From an uncultured bacterium (lineage in GTDB: Bacteria > Krumholzibacteriota > Krumholzibacteriia > JACNKJ01), in assembly GCA_963695095.1 (NCBI GenBank), contig CAVOFT010000001.1:1-64000 (forward strand): a DNA stretch of 64,000 nucleotides, written 5' to 3'. Under the pieces are notes generated by a model that ran no database searches, was not told the DNA's origin, and saw only the letters and a program-made list of their open reading frames with translations. How positions within the stretch are numbered: position 1 is the stretch's first letter; each line of letters opens with the position of its first letter. A program made the position numbers and the translations under genes. This document shows positions 52,707 to 63,426 of this stretch, piece after piece.

Positions 52707-53250
52707 CGCACTCCAGCTCCCCGCGCAGTCGATGAAGGGCGCGATGGATGCGGGTCTTCACCGAGCCCAGCGGCATCTCCAGTCTATCGGCCACCTCGTT
52801 CAGCTTCAAGTCCTCAAGGTAGCGCAGGGCGAGGATCTCCCGGTCGCGGGGGTCGAGCAGGGCAAGGGCCCGGGCCACCTGGGCCGCGCTCTCGCGGCGG
52901 GCGAGCAGGCGCTCCGGATCGAACTCCGCGGCTGCCGGCAGGGCCGCGGCGGCCTCCAGCGGCGCCTCGCGGCCGGCCAGGCGCTTCTGCTTTTCGAGGT
53001 GGCGCAGCGCCTCCCGGTAGGTGATGCGGTAGAGCCAGGTGGAGAGCCGGCTCTCGCCTCGAAAGCGCGGAAGGGCGCCCAGCGCGCGGTCGAAAACGCG
53101 ATAGAGCACGGCGTCCTCCTCGGCCCGCAAGCGGCGGAGCTGGGCGCGCACGGTGGGCTCCCAGTCGTCGAGAAAGCGGCTGGCCCGCCGGCGGTCCAGG
53201 GGTAGATAGTGGGCAGCCAGCTCGCGGGCCTCGAGTTGTCCGTCGCTCAC
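52699..53250 (-). CDS. ECF RNA polymerase sigma factor (start GTG 53250 or ATG 53298)
   Basis: FRGESRLSTWLYRI; LDPRDREILALRY.EDL..NEVA..L..PLGSVKTRIHRA. Confidence 0.9.
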   Translation of the reverse strand: MSDGQLEARELAAHYLPLDRRRASRFLDDWEPTVRAQLRRLRAEEDAVLYRVFDRALGALPRFRGESRLSTWLYRITYREALRHLEKQKRLAGREAPLEAAAALPAAAEFDPERLLARRESAAQVARALALLDPRDREILALRYLEDLKLNEVADRLEMPLGSVKTRIHRALHRLRGELECDA

Positions 53251-53284
53251 GGCGGCCGCCCCTTCGGAATCCTCATCTGTGGGG

Positions 53285-53360
53285 TTGGACCGGCCCATGG
53301 CAAGAGAGTTTCACCCCAGCGGGCCGGCGGCGAAACCCTTTTTCCGGGGGTCGGGTCAAA
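53285..53360. promoter_or_regulatory. Back-to-back ECF-type promoters
   Basis: Minus strand GAAACT-16 nt-GTCCAA (53312-53285); plus strand GAAACC-17 nt-GTCAAA (53332-53360). Confidence 0.6.
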
Positions 53361-53389
53361 GCGGGCGGACCAACGAGGAGCACCCCACC

Positions 53390-53860
53390 ATGCACATCGC
53401 GGAGGCAATCATGCAGAGCCTGTTCGGTTTCGCGTTCCTTGCCAGTACGGACGAGATCATCATCCCCATCCTGGCGATCGGCATGTCCCTGTCCATCCCC
53501 ATCATCGTCATCATCGTGGACTACTTCCAGAAGCGCACCAAGGCGCGCATCATCGAGAAGGCGATCGAGAAGGGCGTGCCCATCGAGAACCTGGCCGTGG
53601 ACGAGCCCCGCCGCAACCGCATGCCCTATCGCAGCGGCATGGTGATGGTGGCCGTCGGCATCGGCCTCGCGATCTTCGGCTTCGCCATCGGCGCCGCCAT
53701 GCGGCAGGGTGGCGAAGCGGATTACTACATCCCGCGGGCCGTCTTTGGCGGCAGCGGCGCCCTTGTGCTTCTGATCGGTGTCGCCCTGCTCGTCAACGAC
53801 AAGATGAACTACCAGCGCTTCTTCAACGGCAACGGCAAGGGCGAGCGGAAGGACGACTAG
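53390..53860 (+). CDS. DUF6249-like membrane protein
   Basis: TM followed by RIIEKAIEKGVPIE, then GMVMVAVGIGL and LLIGVALLV; RBS GAGGAG. Confidence 0.75.
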   Translation: MHIAEAIMQSLFGFAFLASTDEIIIPILAIGMSLSIPIIVIIVDYFQKRTKARIIEKAIEKGVPIENLAVDEPRRNRMPYRSGMVMVAVGIGLAIFGFAIGAAMRQGGEADYYIPRAVFGGSGALVLLIGVALLVNDKMNYQRFFNGNGKGERKDD

Positions 53861-53905
53861 TCAACGGCTCACGGCTGGTCTCGATGTGCTCGTTCGCTGA
53901 GCGCT

Positions 53906-54880
53906 TCAGCGGGCGGGTACGAATTTTTGAATGCGCGCGTTGAGCGCGTCGGCGACGAAGATGGCGCCGTCGGGTGCGACCGCCACGCTGAAGGGCAGGC
54001 TGAACTCCCCCGCCAGATTCCCCCAGTGTCCCCAGGCACCGAGGTAGACGCCCCCGCGGTCGAAGATCTGGACCCGGTTGTTGCCCTCGGCGACGAAGAG
54101 CTGGTCTTCACCGTCGAAGGCGAGTCCTTGCGGGAAGTTGAACTCGCCCTCGCCGGCACCCACGCCGCCGAAGGTGAAGCGGCAGTCCCCAGTCGCACTG
54201 AACACCTGCACGCGGTGATTGCCGCAGTCGGCCGCGTAGACGTCTCCCAGCGAAGACACCGCCACGCCGGTGACGCGGTTGAACTGCCCCACTGCAGCGC
54301 CGCTGTCGCCCCAGGCGCGCACGAAACCGCCGATGGGATCGAACTGCTGGATGCGGTGGTTGTAGGTGTCGGCCACGTAGACCTTGTTGTCCCCGGTGAC
54401 GACGATGCCTTCCGGCGCCGCGAACTCGCCCTCGCCCGTGCCGCGGCTGCCCCACTTCGCCTGGAAGACACCCTCGGGCGAGAAGCGCTGCACGCGGTGG
54501 TTCCAGGTCTCGGTGACGAACACCGCACCGGTGGGCCCGATCGAGATACCCACGGGGCCACTCAGCTGACCGTCGCCGACGCCCGGACTCCCCCACTTGG
54601 CGACGAAGTTGCCGTTCGCATCGAACTTCTGTATCCGCCCGTTGCCCCAGTCCGCCACGTACACGAAGCCATCGGCGTCGACAGCCACGCCCGCTCCTGT
54701 CGGTCCGTTGAAGAAGACGAACTGTCCATCCGCCGAGCCCGGACTGCCCCAGGCGATAACAAACTCGTAGGGCGGGGCCGGCGGCACCGGGTCGGGTTCA
54801 TCGGGGCTCGAGTCGGCGCAGCCCAGCTGCGCGAGCAGCAGGGCGGCCAGCGTGATCAGCCCATCGCCGACTCCCCTCAC
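53906..54880 (-). CDS. NHL-repeat beta-propeller lipoprotein
   Basis: Lipobox QLGC; six repeats WG..G.G.GQF..P.G.AV...G.VYVAD..NHRIQ.F. Confidence 0.92.
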   Translation of the reverse strand: MRGVGDGLITLAALLLAQLGCADSSPDEPDPVPPAPPYEFVIAWGSPGSADGQFVFFNGPTGAGVAVDADGFVYVADWGNGRIQKFDANGNFVAKWGSPGVGDGQLSGPVGISIGPTGAVFVTETWNHRVQRFSPEGVFQAKWGSRGTGEGEFAAPEGIVVTGDNKVYVADTYNHRIQQFDPIGGFVRAWGDSGAAVGQFNRVTGVAVSSLGDVYAADCGNHRVQVFSATGDCRFTFGGVGAGEGEFNFPQGLAFDGEDQLFVAEGNNRVQIFDRGGVYLGAWGHWGNLAGEFSLPFSVAVAPDGAIFVADALNARIQKFVPAR

Positions 54881-54910
54881 ACCCTACCCTCCCCTGCGGC
54901 GGTGACGGCT

Positions 54911-55403
54911 CTACTTCGCGTCCGTCGCGAAGGAGAAGTGCATCTGGACGATCACCCAGCGCCCCTCGCGCTTCGCGAGCACACCCGTCCAGCGCGCGTT
55001 CTCCCAGTTGGCGGGCCTGCCCTGCCAGGTGTTGTAGTCGTCCAGGCGCGCATGATACCAGGCCGTATCGCCCGCGGGCGACAGGCTGATGTACAGGTCC
55101 CTCAGCGCGAAGCCGACCGCCTTGAAATCCTCGTGCATGAAGAAGCCTTCGGTGAGCTCGCTGAAGGCGGCGAAGCCGGCGATGTTGCCCCGGTCGCTGG
55201 GGCTGAAGTAGAAAAGCGATTCGTCCTGCGCGAAGCACTGGTAGAGTCGCGCCTTGTCCTTGGTCACTGCCCAGCCGATGCTGTCTTCGATGACCTGCTT
55301 GATCCGGGCCGTCTCGGCTTCGATATTCACGGCTGGTTTCACGGTGGCGCAGCCTCCCAGTCCCCAGCAGGATGAATCCCGCCAGGACCGCTCTCCAGTG
55401 CAT
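54911..55403 (-). CDS. NTF2/SnoaL-like lipoprotein (frameshift near 55345)
   Basis: MHWRAVLAGFILLG joins GGCATVKP in another frame; GDTAWY, RWTGVLAKREGRWVIVQMHFS. Confidence 0.8.
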
Positions 55404-55458
55404 TCCTCTCCCCATCCCATACCCCCTTGATGTTTCCATCCACGCCAATGCCGCTGCC

Positions 55459-56505
55459 TCAATCGCCGACAGGGGCGGGCTCGCCGCCCGGCGCCAGAAT
55501 CCTGTCGATGGCCGCATCGAGCTGCTGCGGGAAATCCTCCGGGTACCAGTGCCCCATGTTGGGCGTGATGACAAGCTCGCCGTCGAGCCCCAGCCCCTGC
55601 CAGCGCTCCGCCAAGCTGCGCTGCGCGTCGAGCCGGTTATCCAGCTCGCTCGTCAGCAGCGTACCGCGGAGGCCGCGCTTCGCCGCAGCGGCGATCTCCT
55701 CGTCCGTGATCGAGGTCGGCACCTCGGGGCAGAGCGCCACGAAGCCGCAGGCGGGCAGGATACCATGGAAGGCGGCCAGCAGCGAGGCGTAGCCACCCGA
55801 GGAGAACCCGCCAACGAGCAGGTGGTCGGCGTCGATCCGGTAGCTGGCGACCGCCTGCGCATAGGCGGACTCCAGGTCCCGGCGGGTCTGCGCCTCATCG
55901 TGCCAGTGGAAGCCCCGCATGTTGGCGACCTGCGAGGACTGCACGTAGAGGATGATGTGATCCGCCTGCAGCGCCGGCGACGTCCAGTTCGGCTTGAAGG
56001 CCGCCAGGTCCTCGCCTCCGCCGTGCAGCGCCACGAACAGGGGATAGGCCCGGGCCGCGTCGTAGTCGGCGGGCAGGACCACCTCCATCTTCATCGTGGC
56101 CTGGCTCTGCGCCTCCTCGAGGCGCGCGAGGTTCTGCTGCCAGAAGTCCGCGAAGCGCTCGTGCGCCTTGAGTGGGGCCAGCATCTCGTCCTCGAAATCC
56201 CAGCGGCCATAGAAGACCCCCCGCCGGAGCCCATCTTCGAGCGCCTCGATGCCTCCTCCGGGATCCCCGGCCAGTCCGCGCAGGATCGCCAGGTTGTAGG
56301 TGTTCGCCAGGATGTGGTCGGGATAGCGGTCGAGAGCGCGCTCCAGCAGCGCGGCGCCCTCCGCGTACTTCTGCTGCTGGTAGAGCTCGCCGAGGTAGGC
56401 GCGCATTTCCTGGTAGCTGCCCTGCTCGCGCGGGTCTTGCGCGAGGGCGGCGAGGGGCAACAGGATGGCGATCAGGATCGTGAGCACGTTGAGGCGGCGA
56501 TTCAT
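55459..56505 (-). CDS. Secreted TPR + alpha/beta-hydrolase (esterase-like) protein
   Basis: Signal peptide; TPR-like N-terminus; LPADYD...YPLFVALHG, GGFSSGG, GHWYP. Confidence 0.78.
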   Translation of the reverse strand: MNRRLNVLTILIAILLPLAALAQDPREQGSYQEMRAYLGELYQQQKYAEGAALLERALDRYPDHILANTYNLAILRGLAGDPGGGIEALEDGLRRGVFYGRWDFEDEMLAPLKAHERFADFWQQNLARLEEAQSQATMKMEVVLPADYDAARAYPLFVALHGGGEDLAAFKPNWTSPALQADHIILYVQSSQVANMRGFHWHDEAQTRRDLESAYAQAVASYRIDADHLLVGGFSSGGYASLLAAFHGILPACGFVALCPEVPTSITDEEIAAAAKRGLRGTLLTSELDNRLDAQRSLAERWQGLGLDGELVITPNMGHWYPEDFPQQLDAAIDRILAPGGEPAPVGD

Positions 56506-56691
56506 GGCGACTCCTCCGAGTTTGGCCTTGTTTGGCCTCGTGGACGATCGCGCATTGCAGGTCCGCGGGCAAGCCCAAGCCGGATCGCTTCGGCGCGTCC
56601 GGCGTTGTGATCGGGGTCCGCTATCCCTTATGATGGTGGGGTATCTCATTCGCGCCCTGCGCGCCGGGGCGCTCGACCCGGAGGCGACACC

Positions 56692-58260
56692 ATGGCCGCT
56701 GCCATCCGCGCGGGCATCCTGCTGCTAGCACTCGGAGCGGCCTGGCCCGCACTGGCCGACGACTTCGCGGCCCCCTGCGAGATCTCCGCTGACGGTCGCC
56801 AGCGCGCCGAGGCGGCGGAGTGGATCGGCACCGAGCAGACGGGGTCGCGCTCGCGCGATGTGCCCTACGCCGGCACCCCGGACTGGCAGAACAGCCTGCG
56901 CATGCAGGTGGGCGGCCTGCAGGTGGCCGACGTGAACGGCGACGGGCTCATGGATGTCGTCGTGGGCTGCTACCAGTCGAACAGCTACCCGCCATATCCC
57001 GACTGGTACAACATGATCTACTTCAACATCGGTGGCGAACTGGAGGCGGAGCCCTCCTGGATCTCCGCCGACGAGGTCTCGACGGGCGACATCCAGGTGG
57101 CCCGGATCAACGCGGACGCCTACCCGGACGTCTTCGCCGCCAACGGCGGCGCCGCCATGTCGGCCTCGGTCATCTACTGGGGCGGCCCGAGCGGGCCCGC
57201 GACCACGCCGGGCTGGTACAGCGCCGAGCCGGGCGCGGCCTGGAACAACTACGCCCTGCCCTTCGACATCGACCACGACGGCGACATGGATGTCATCACG
57301 GCCAACCAGGGCAACTCGCCCGAATCGCCCTCGCGGCCGATGTACGCCTTCATCAACGCGGCCGGCGTGCTGCCGACCGTCCCCGGCTGGCAGTCGGCCG
57401 AGTGGATGCTCTCGAACTTCCTGGCCGTGGCCGACCTGGACGGCGACGGCTGGGAGGACCTCGCCGTGTCCAAGTGGGCGAACTACGCGAGCGGGATCTA
57501 CCCCAATGCCGGCGGCATGCTGGCCACGGTGCCCAGCTGGACCACGGGCGACACCGATACGGACAAGGGCGTGGCCTGGGCCGACGTGGACGGCAACGGC
57601 TGGCCCGACCTCGCGCTCGGCCACGATCCCACGCAGCTTTGGAGCAACACGAACGGCACGCTGACACTGACCTGGACCTCGGCGGCCAGCTACTTCGGCC
57701 ACAGCGACCTCCTCTTCTGCGACGTTGACCGCGACGGGGACCCGGATCTGGTCGAGGACCACTTCTCCAACGGGCAGGTGCACATCTACCTGAACCGGGA
57801 GGGCCAGCTCGATGCCGCCCCCACCTGGACCTACGATTCGCCTTCGGTGGGCACGGCCATCGCTCTTGGCGACATCAACGGCGACCAGTGGCCGGACCTC
57901 GTCGTGGGCAACTCGGGCGAACCCTGCGTGAAGGTGTTCTACGCGCAACCGACGACGGCGGTCGGCGCCGCCCCGGCGGGCTTCGCGCGCCTCTTGCCCT
58001 GCCGGCCCAATCCCTTCAATCCCGCCACGGCGATTGTCTTCGAGCTGGAGCTGGACGCGCCGCGCGTCGAGCTGGCCATCTTCGACACCGCGGGACGGCG
58101 AGTCGCCGGCCTGCTCGATGGGCCGGCGAGCGCGGGTCGCCACGAGCTGCGCTGGGACGGCCGCGATGACGCAGGCCGGGCCCTGGAATCCGGCGTCTAT
58201 CTCTGCCGCCTGCGCGCGGGACGACAGGTCGAGGCGCGGAAGCTGACCTTGCTGAAGTAA
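56692..58260 (+). CDS. FG-GAP/VCBS-repeat exoprotein with FlgD-type C-terminal domain
   Basis: Seven DxxGDGxxD-type Ca-binding repeats; RPNPFNPAT...WDGRDDAGRALESGVY...KLTLLK. Confidence 0.9.
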   Translation: MAAAIRAGILLLALGAAWPALADDFAAPCEISADGRQRAEAAEWIGTEQTGSRSRDVPYAGTPDWQNSLRMQVGGLQVADVNGDGLMDVVVGCYQSNSYPPYPDWYNMIYFNIGGELEAEPSWISADEVSTGDIQVARINADAYPDVFAANGGAAMSASVIYWGGPSGPATTPGWYSAEPGAAWNNYALPFDIDHDGDMDVITANQGNSPESPSRPMYAFINAAGVLPTVPGWQSAEWMLSNFLAVADLDGDGWEDLAVSKWANYASGIYPNAGGMLATVPSWTTGDTDTDKGVAWADVDGNGWPDLALGHDPTQLWSNTNGTLTLTWTSAASYFGHSDLLFCDVDRDGDPDLVEDHFSNGQVHIYLNREGQLDAAPTWTYDSPSVGTAIALGDINGDQWPDLVVGNSGEPCVKVFYAQPTTAVGAAPAGFARLLPCRPNPFNPATAIVFELELDAPRVELAIFDTAGRRVAGLLDGPASAGRHELRWDGRDDAGRALESGVYLCRLRAGRQVEARKLTLLK

Positions 58261-58323
58261 TCGGGGAGGCCGGTTCGCCGAGAGCCGGGAATGGACTGAT
58301 CATGTGACGGGGAGGTGCAGGGC

Positions 58324-59952
58324 ATGGATAGGGGCAGGACATTCGGCATCCGATTCGATTGGCGGCGCTTGATCGCGCTGGCCGCAATGGCGGCTCTGCT
58401 GGGGCTGGACTGCAGCAGCGACAGCGGTACCAGTGCGGGCGATGGCGACGGGCTCATCGGACCCGCCGGCGGCACGGTGGCTGGCAGCGGCGGCGCATCG
58501 GTCGTGATTCCCGCGGGAGCGCTCGCCGTCGAGACCGCAATCAGCGCTGCGGGCCTGGCCGATATTGCCGCCCTGCCCGAGAGCGCGCTGCCCTTCCTGC
58601 CCTTCCTGGGCGGAGCGCAGTTCGGACCCGAGGGCACGGAGTTCGCGCTGCCCGTGACCATCAGCTTCCCCCTCGATCCCCCGCTGCCGCCGGGCACAGC
58701 GGTGAACCTGCTCGTCTGGGACAGCGTCGCGAGCGCCTGGGTGGACGAGGGCTTCGCCGCCACGCTCGCCGCCGACGGCGCCTCCCTCAGCGCCCAGGTC
58801 ACGCACTTCTCCCTCTTTGGCTGCGTGGGCGACGTCTTCGACGCCTTCCACGCCGCCTTCGGCGACGGCTCCACGGCGGATGCCGCCTTCGCGAGCTACG
58901 TGAGCTGGTTCAAGGCCAACGTGACGGATGTGGGGCGCAAGGGTCTCTATCGCGAGGACTGCCACGAGGTGAAGGGGTTGCGCATCGGCCTGGCCTACGA
59001 CGTGGCCTATCTCCCCGACGGCCCGCACTATCAGGGCATTCCCTACATCATGGAAGGCGAGGTGACCGAGCTGCAGGTGACCTTTCATCTGGACTTCGAG
59101 CGGGTGCTGGCCGGCGTGGAGGACTTCAACTACGCCCTCGAGGTGTTCGTCTTCCTCGAGTGCTGCGCGGCCGAGGTGGAGGTGAGCGCCGAGCCGGCCA
59201 GCATCGGCACCGGCGAGACGAGCCAGATCAGCGCCCGGGTGATGTGCGACACGGATGCCATGGCCGGCCAGGTGGTCGACTTTGAGGCCCTGGGCGGTCT
59301 GGGCGAACTCAACCCCGCCGCCGCTACCGTGAATGCCGCCGGCACTGCCAGCAGCACCTTCACCGCGGGGGACGACGAGGGCACCGAGTCCGTGCGCGCC
59401 TCGCTGACGACTTGCGGCGGCGCGGAGACGCCCGACGGCGCCGCGCAGATCGAGATCGGCGGCGACTGGACGGCGGACCTGGACATCGCCTGGGTCCAGG
59501 ACATCGGCGATCCTCCGCTGCTCCAGTTCGCCGACGACATGAGCATGCACCTGAACCTCACGATCGCGGAGGGCGTGATCTCCGGCACGGGCACCGGCAC
59601 GCACGGCATCTCCGTGAGCACGGACGGCGACTGCTGGCAGAGCTCGCTGTCCGCTCCCGGCTTCAGCGTGGTGGTGACGGGCGCCGTGGTCGGCGGGACC
59701 CTGGAATTCGCGGCCATCGCCTACAGCATCCCGCTCGATCTCGTCATCACCTGCCAGCAGGGTGACGATCAGATCGATTATCCCTTCCCGATCTACGGCT
59801 TGCTGGAGTCGGCGCTGATCGCGCAGTACATCTCCGTGGAGCTGCCCTGGGAGAACGGCGCCACGGACTCGGGCTCGGGCAGCGACCCGGCGGGCGGCGA
59901 CATCCCGCTCACCTGGAGCTGGACCTGCACCCTGTCGGGGCCCTCGCGCTGA
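58324..59952 (+). CDS. Putative lipoprotein with ZU5-like and invasin-type Ig-like domains
   Basis: Signal ending LGLDC; IGPAGGTV..VIPAGAL..FGPEGTEFALPVTI..VTHFS; V.VSAEPASI...S.ISARV Ig-like segment. Confidence 0.65.
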   Translation: MDRGRTFGIRFDWRRLIALAAMAALLGLDCSSDSGTSAGDGDGLIGPAGGTVAGSGGASVVIPAGALAVETAISAAGLADIAALPESALPFLPFLGGAQFGPEGTEFALPVTISFPLDPPLPPGTAVNLLVWDSVASAWVDEGFAATLAADGASLSAQVTHFSLFGCVGDVFDAFHAAFGDGSTADAAFASYVSWFKANVTDVGRKGLYREDCHEVKGLRIGLAYDVAYLPDGPHYQGIPYIMEGEVTELQVTFHLDFERVLAGVEDFNYALEVFVFLECCAAEVEVSAEPASIGTGETSQISARVMCDTDAMAGQVVDFEALGGLGELNPAAATVNAAGTASSTFTAGDDEGTESVRASLTTCGGAETPDGAAQIEIGGDWTADLDIAWVQDIGDPPLLQFADDMSMHLNLTIAEGVISGTGTGTHGISVSTDGDCWQSSLSAPGFSVVVTGAVVGGTLEFAAIAYSIPLDLVITCQQGDDQIDYPFPIYGLLESALIAQYISVELPWENGATDSGSGSDPAGGDIPLTWSWTCTLSGPSR

Positions 59953-60025
59953 GCGCGGCTCCTGGAGTGCGGTGAAGGCGCTCTGCCGCTCGCACCGGCA
60001 GGCGGCCGGGGAGATCGGGGAGCGG

Positions 60026-61402
60026 CTAGGGGCCCTCGAGCCAGCGGCCGGCCTCGGTGTCGGCACCGCCCTCGACTCCCTGGGCTCCGGCGGCCGCAGC
60101 CTCCAGGTCTTCCAGGCGCAGGCCCTTGAGCGCTGCTTGATCCGCCGCGGGGTAGCACCACATGTGCATGGGATAGGTGTTGCGCAGGGCGCGGATGCTG
60201 GGGCTCGCGTCGTCGATCTCGACGATGCCGCCGTCGCGGCTGCGGATGAGGATGCCGCTGGAGCCCAGGCGGCTCGGGTCGTAGCGCTGGTAGAAGATGT
60301 CCGTGGCGTCCTCGAAGAGGAAGCGGTAGCCCACCTCATCACCGTACTTGGCCGCCATCAGGGCATGGGCGCCCTCGCGCAGGGCGCGGAACTCGGGCGT
60401 TTCCGCCTGCTCGTAGAAGATGCGCACCTTGTAGAGATCGCGCTCCATGATCCGCCGGCAGAGATCCGAGAGCAGCGGATCGGGCTCGCTCATCCACTGC
60501 TTCATGAGCACGGTCATCTCGGCGTCGTCGAGGGAGAGATAGTCGGCCAGGGCCATCTCCTCATCGCCGAGCAGGATGCGAATGAAGGGGTGCTCCGCCG
60601 GCGCGTGGGCGAGGCCACCGCGGCGGGCCAGCTCGCGGGCGCGGCGGATGAGCGCCTTCAGCATGGCCTCGGCGCACCAGACCGTCTTGTGGAAGTAGAC
60701 CTGTCGGTACATGTGGTAGCGCGCCAGCAGGTAGGCCTCCGTGGGATGAAAGCCCTTCACGCCGACGAGCACGGTGTCGAGATCCTCGTCGCGATGCACC
60801 TCGAGGCCGAGGATCAGCCGCTCCAGATCGAAGACGCCGTACTTGACGCCCGTCATCGTGCTGTCGCGCAGGAGATAGTCGAGGCGGTCGGCGTCCACCT
60901 GGCCGGCGATCACGCGGCCGAGGAAGCGCTTCGGGTAGCGGTGCTCGAAGATGGCGGCCACCTGCGCGGGCAAGGCCGGATCGTGGGCCGCGAGCAGGCG
61001 GTTCACGGCCGTCGCCGGGTCCATGATGATGCGCCGCGTCCAGTCCTCGTGGCTGACGCCGAGCACCATCTCGGAGACGTGGCTGAAGGGGCCGTGCCCG
61101 GTGTCGTGCAGCAGCGCCGTCACCCGGGTGGCAAGGCGCTCCTCGGGCGTGATCTCGGCGGTCTTGGCGAGCTGGTCGAGGATGCGTCCGGTCAGGTGCA
61201 TGACGCCGATGCTGTGGGCGAAGCGGCTGTGCTCGGCGCCCTGGTAGACCAGGTTGGTCAGCCCGAGCTGGCGGATGCGGCGCAGGCGCTGGAACTCGGG
61301 CGTCTGCACGAGCGCCCAGATCAGGCGGTCGGCGGGATCGCCGGTGTCCAGGCTGATGATCCCGTGGATGGTGTCCCTGAGGAAGATCTCGCGTCCGGCC
61401 AT
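60026..61402 (-). CDS. HD-domain phosphohydrolase (YwfO/SAMHD1-like dNTPase family)
   Basis: RDTIHG, FQRLRRIRQLG, HSRFAHSIG, LLHDTGHGPFSH, DADRLDYLLRDS, MYRQVYFHK. Confidence 0.93.
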   Translation of the reverse strand: MAGREIFLRDTIHGIISLDTGDPADRLIWALVQTPEFQRLRRIRQLGLTNLVYQGAEHSRFAHSIGVMHLTGRILDQLAKTAEITPEERLATRVTALLHDTGHGPFSHVSEMVLGVSHEDWTRRIIMDPATAVNRLLAAHDPALPAQVAAIFEHRYPKRFLGRVIAGQVDADRLDYLLRDSTMTGVKYGVFDLERLILGLEVHRDEDLDTVLVGVKGFHPTEAYLLARYHMYRQVYFHKTVWCAEAMLKALIRRARELARRGGLAHAPAEHPFIRILLGDEEMALADYLSLDDAEMTVLMKQWMSEPDPLLSDLCRRIMERDLYKVRIFYEQAETPEFRALREGAHALMAAKYGDEVGYRFLFEDATDIFYQRYDPSRLGSSGILIRSRDGGIVEIDDASPSIRALRNTYPMHMWCYPAADQAALKGLRLEDLEAAAAGAQGVEGGADTEAGRWLEGP

Positions 61403-61459
61403 GGGGCGAACTTAGGGATGCGCCTCGATCGCGTCAATGGGGCCGGAGCGGGGCCCGGC

Positions 61460-61488
61460 TTGACGGGAATTCCGAAATTCGTTAAAAT
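61460..61488 (+). promoter_or_regulatory. Sigma70 promoter of aceBA with a palindrome in the spacer
   Basis: TTGACG-17 nt-TAAAAT; GAATT-ccga-AATTC (61467-61480) between the boxes; ATG 7 nt after -10. Confidence 0.75.
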
Positions 61489-61495
61489 CAACGAC

Positions 61496-63403
61496 ATGAA
61501 CAACAATTCGGGCCCTGCACTCCTGGAATTCCGCCCCGGCGTGCGCGAGGCCTACCCGGACGTCTACAGCCCGGAGGCCCTGGCCGCCCTCGAGGCCCTG
61601 GCCGCTGCCGGCTTCGAGGCGGAGCGGCGACAGCTCATGGCCGAGCGCCTCGCTCGGCGGGCGGAGCGCGCCCGGCGGCGCGAGCCGATCGGCTTCCTGG
61701 ACCCGACCGCCCGGATCCCCGGTACGGCCCTCAGCGTGGCCCAGGCCCGCGCCGGCGACTTCGCGGGCGGCGAGATCCCCGCCGACCTGGCCCGCCAGTG
61801 GATCCAGGGCACCGGCCCCGGCGCGCGGCCGCGCGCGACCGTGGCCCAGGGCATCCGCAACGTGGCCTACGCCCTGCTCTCGGGCGCCGACGGCTGGATG
61901 TTCGACGGCGAGGACGCCCTCGGCCAGCTCGGCACCATGTCGCTCGACAACCAGCGCAACCTGCGCCTGGCTCTCGCGCGCGACACGCTCTTCATGCACA
62001 GCGCCGAGGTCGTGGCGGCCGAGATGAACGCCTGGGCCGAGGCCTTCTTCGGCCGGCCCATCGTCACGAACTGGGAGCGGCAACTCGACTTCACCACGGT
62101 GATCTTCCGCGCCCGCGGCCTGCACCTGGACGACCGCCACCTTCGCCTCGCCGACGGCAGCGGCTTCTCGGCCTCGATCGTCGACGCCGCGCTCTACATT
62201 GCCGCCAATCACAAGCGCCTGCGCGCGGCGGGCGCCTCGCTCGTGCTCTACCTGCCCAAGATCCAGACGGCCGCCGAGGCTGCGCTCTGGCACCGCCTGC
62301 TCGCGGCGCTCGAGGCCGCGCTCGGCCTGCCGGAAAGCTCGATCCGCACCTATGTGCTCGTCGAGCAGCTCGAGGCCAGCTTCCAGCTCATGGAGATCCG
62401 GGCGGCGCTGGCGCCGCGCTTCGTCGGCTTCAACACCGGCCGCTGGGACTACATCAACAGCGTGGCCGACGCCCTGGCCTGGGACGAGGGCTTTCTCGAT
62501 CCGAACATCGACGCGATCACGATGACCTACGGCTACATGCGCAACTACGAGGACCGCGTGCGCCGGGCCGTGAACACGCCCGACCGCGCCGGGCGCTACG
62601 CCCTCTGGCAGGGCGGCATGGAGCCGAACATCCCGGTGGGCTCGCCCGCCGGGGTCGAGGCCGGCATGGCGCGCGCCATGGCCGGCGCCGAGCGCGAGCA
62701 GGCGGCCGGCGCGAGCGGCAAATGGGTGGCGCACTGGAAGATGGTCCACATCGTGCGGCCGGTCTGGGAGCGGGCGGGCGCCGACAACCAGCTCGGCCGC
62801 CCCTTCCCGCCGCTCGGCTACGGCGCGGCGGATGCGGCGGCGCTCACGCGCCTGGACCCGGCCCCGCGCACGCTGCGCGGCGCCCGGGACCTGATCAGCG
62901 TCGCCCTGCAGTACGGCAATGCCTTCGGCCAGGGCTTCCAGGCCGCCGCGCTCAAGCCCGCCGACTTCTTCGGCAACGACGACGTGCTCTACCTGATGGA
63001 GGACATGGCCACGGGCGAGATCCGCGTGAGCATCCTCTGGGAGTGGCTGCACAAGGGAGCGACCTTCACGGAGCCGGACCCGGCGGCCGGCGTGGCGGCG
63101 GGGGATCCCTTCACCCCCGCGCTCTTCGCCCGCTTGCTCGAGGAGGAGTACGCCAAGCTGCTGGCCGCCGACAATCGCGACGTGCACGCGGTCTCCAAGA
63201 CCACGACCCTGCCCATCGCCAAGCAGATCGTCTTCCGCGCGGTGAGCGATCCGCGCAAGGCGCCCTGGTGCATCGATCTGCTGAACTTGAATCTCGACAA
63301 CGAGGATCTCGCCGAGGCCACGGCGCGCATTGCGCGCTACCTGGACACCCTCGGCCGCGAGGGAGCGCGCCTGACCGCCACTCCCAGCTTCACCGCACTC
63401 TGA
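61496..63403 (+). CDS. aceB: Malate synthase
   Basis: [47 protein letters not shown]; adjacent to isocitrate lyase. Confidence 0.9.
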   Translation: MNNNSGPALLEFRPGVREAYPDVYSPEALAALEALAAAGFEAERRQLMAERLARRAERARRREPIGFLDPTARIPGTALSVAQARAGDFAGGEIPADLARQWIQGTGPGARPRATVAQGIRNVAYALLSGADGWMFDGEDALGQLGTMSLDNQRNLRLALARDTLFMHSAEVVAAEMNAWAEAFFGRPIVTNWERQLDFTTVIFRARGLHLDDRHLRLADGSGFSASIVDAALYIAANHKRLRAAGASLVLYLPKIQTAAEAALWHRLLAALEAALGLPESSIRTYVLVEQLEASFQLMEIRAALAPRFVGFNTGRWDYINSVADALAWDEGFLDPNIDAITMTYGYMRNYEDRVRRAVNTPDRAGRYALWQGGMEPNIPVGSPAGVEAGMARAMAGAEREQAAGASGKWVAHWKMVHIVRPVWERAGADNQLGRPFPPLGYGAADAAALTRLDPAPRTLRGARDLISVALQYGNAFGQGFQAAALKPADFFGNDDVLYLMEDMATGEIRVSILWEWLHKGATFTEPDPAAGVAAGDPFTPALFARLLEEEYAKLLAADNRDVHAVSKTTTLPIAKQIVFRAVSDPRKAPWCIDLLNLNLDNEDLAEATARIARYLDTLGREGARLTATPSFTAL

Positions 63404-63426
63404 GACCCCAAGACCGAGGATACGAC

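Noticed and set aside
59972..61495. N-terminal extension of malate synthase (1143-aa ORF)
   Set aside because: Antisense of the HD-domain gene; the promoter places the start at 61496.
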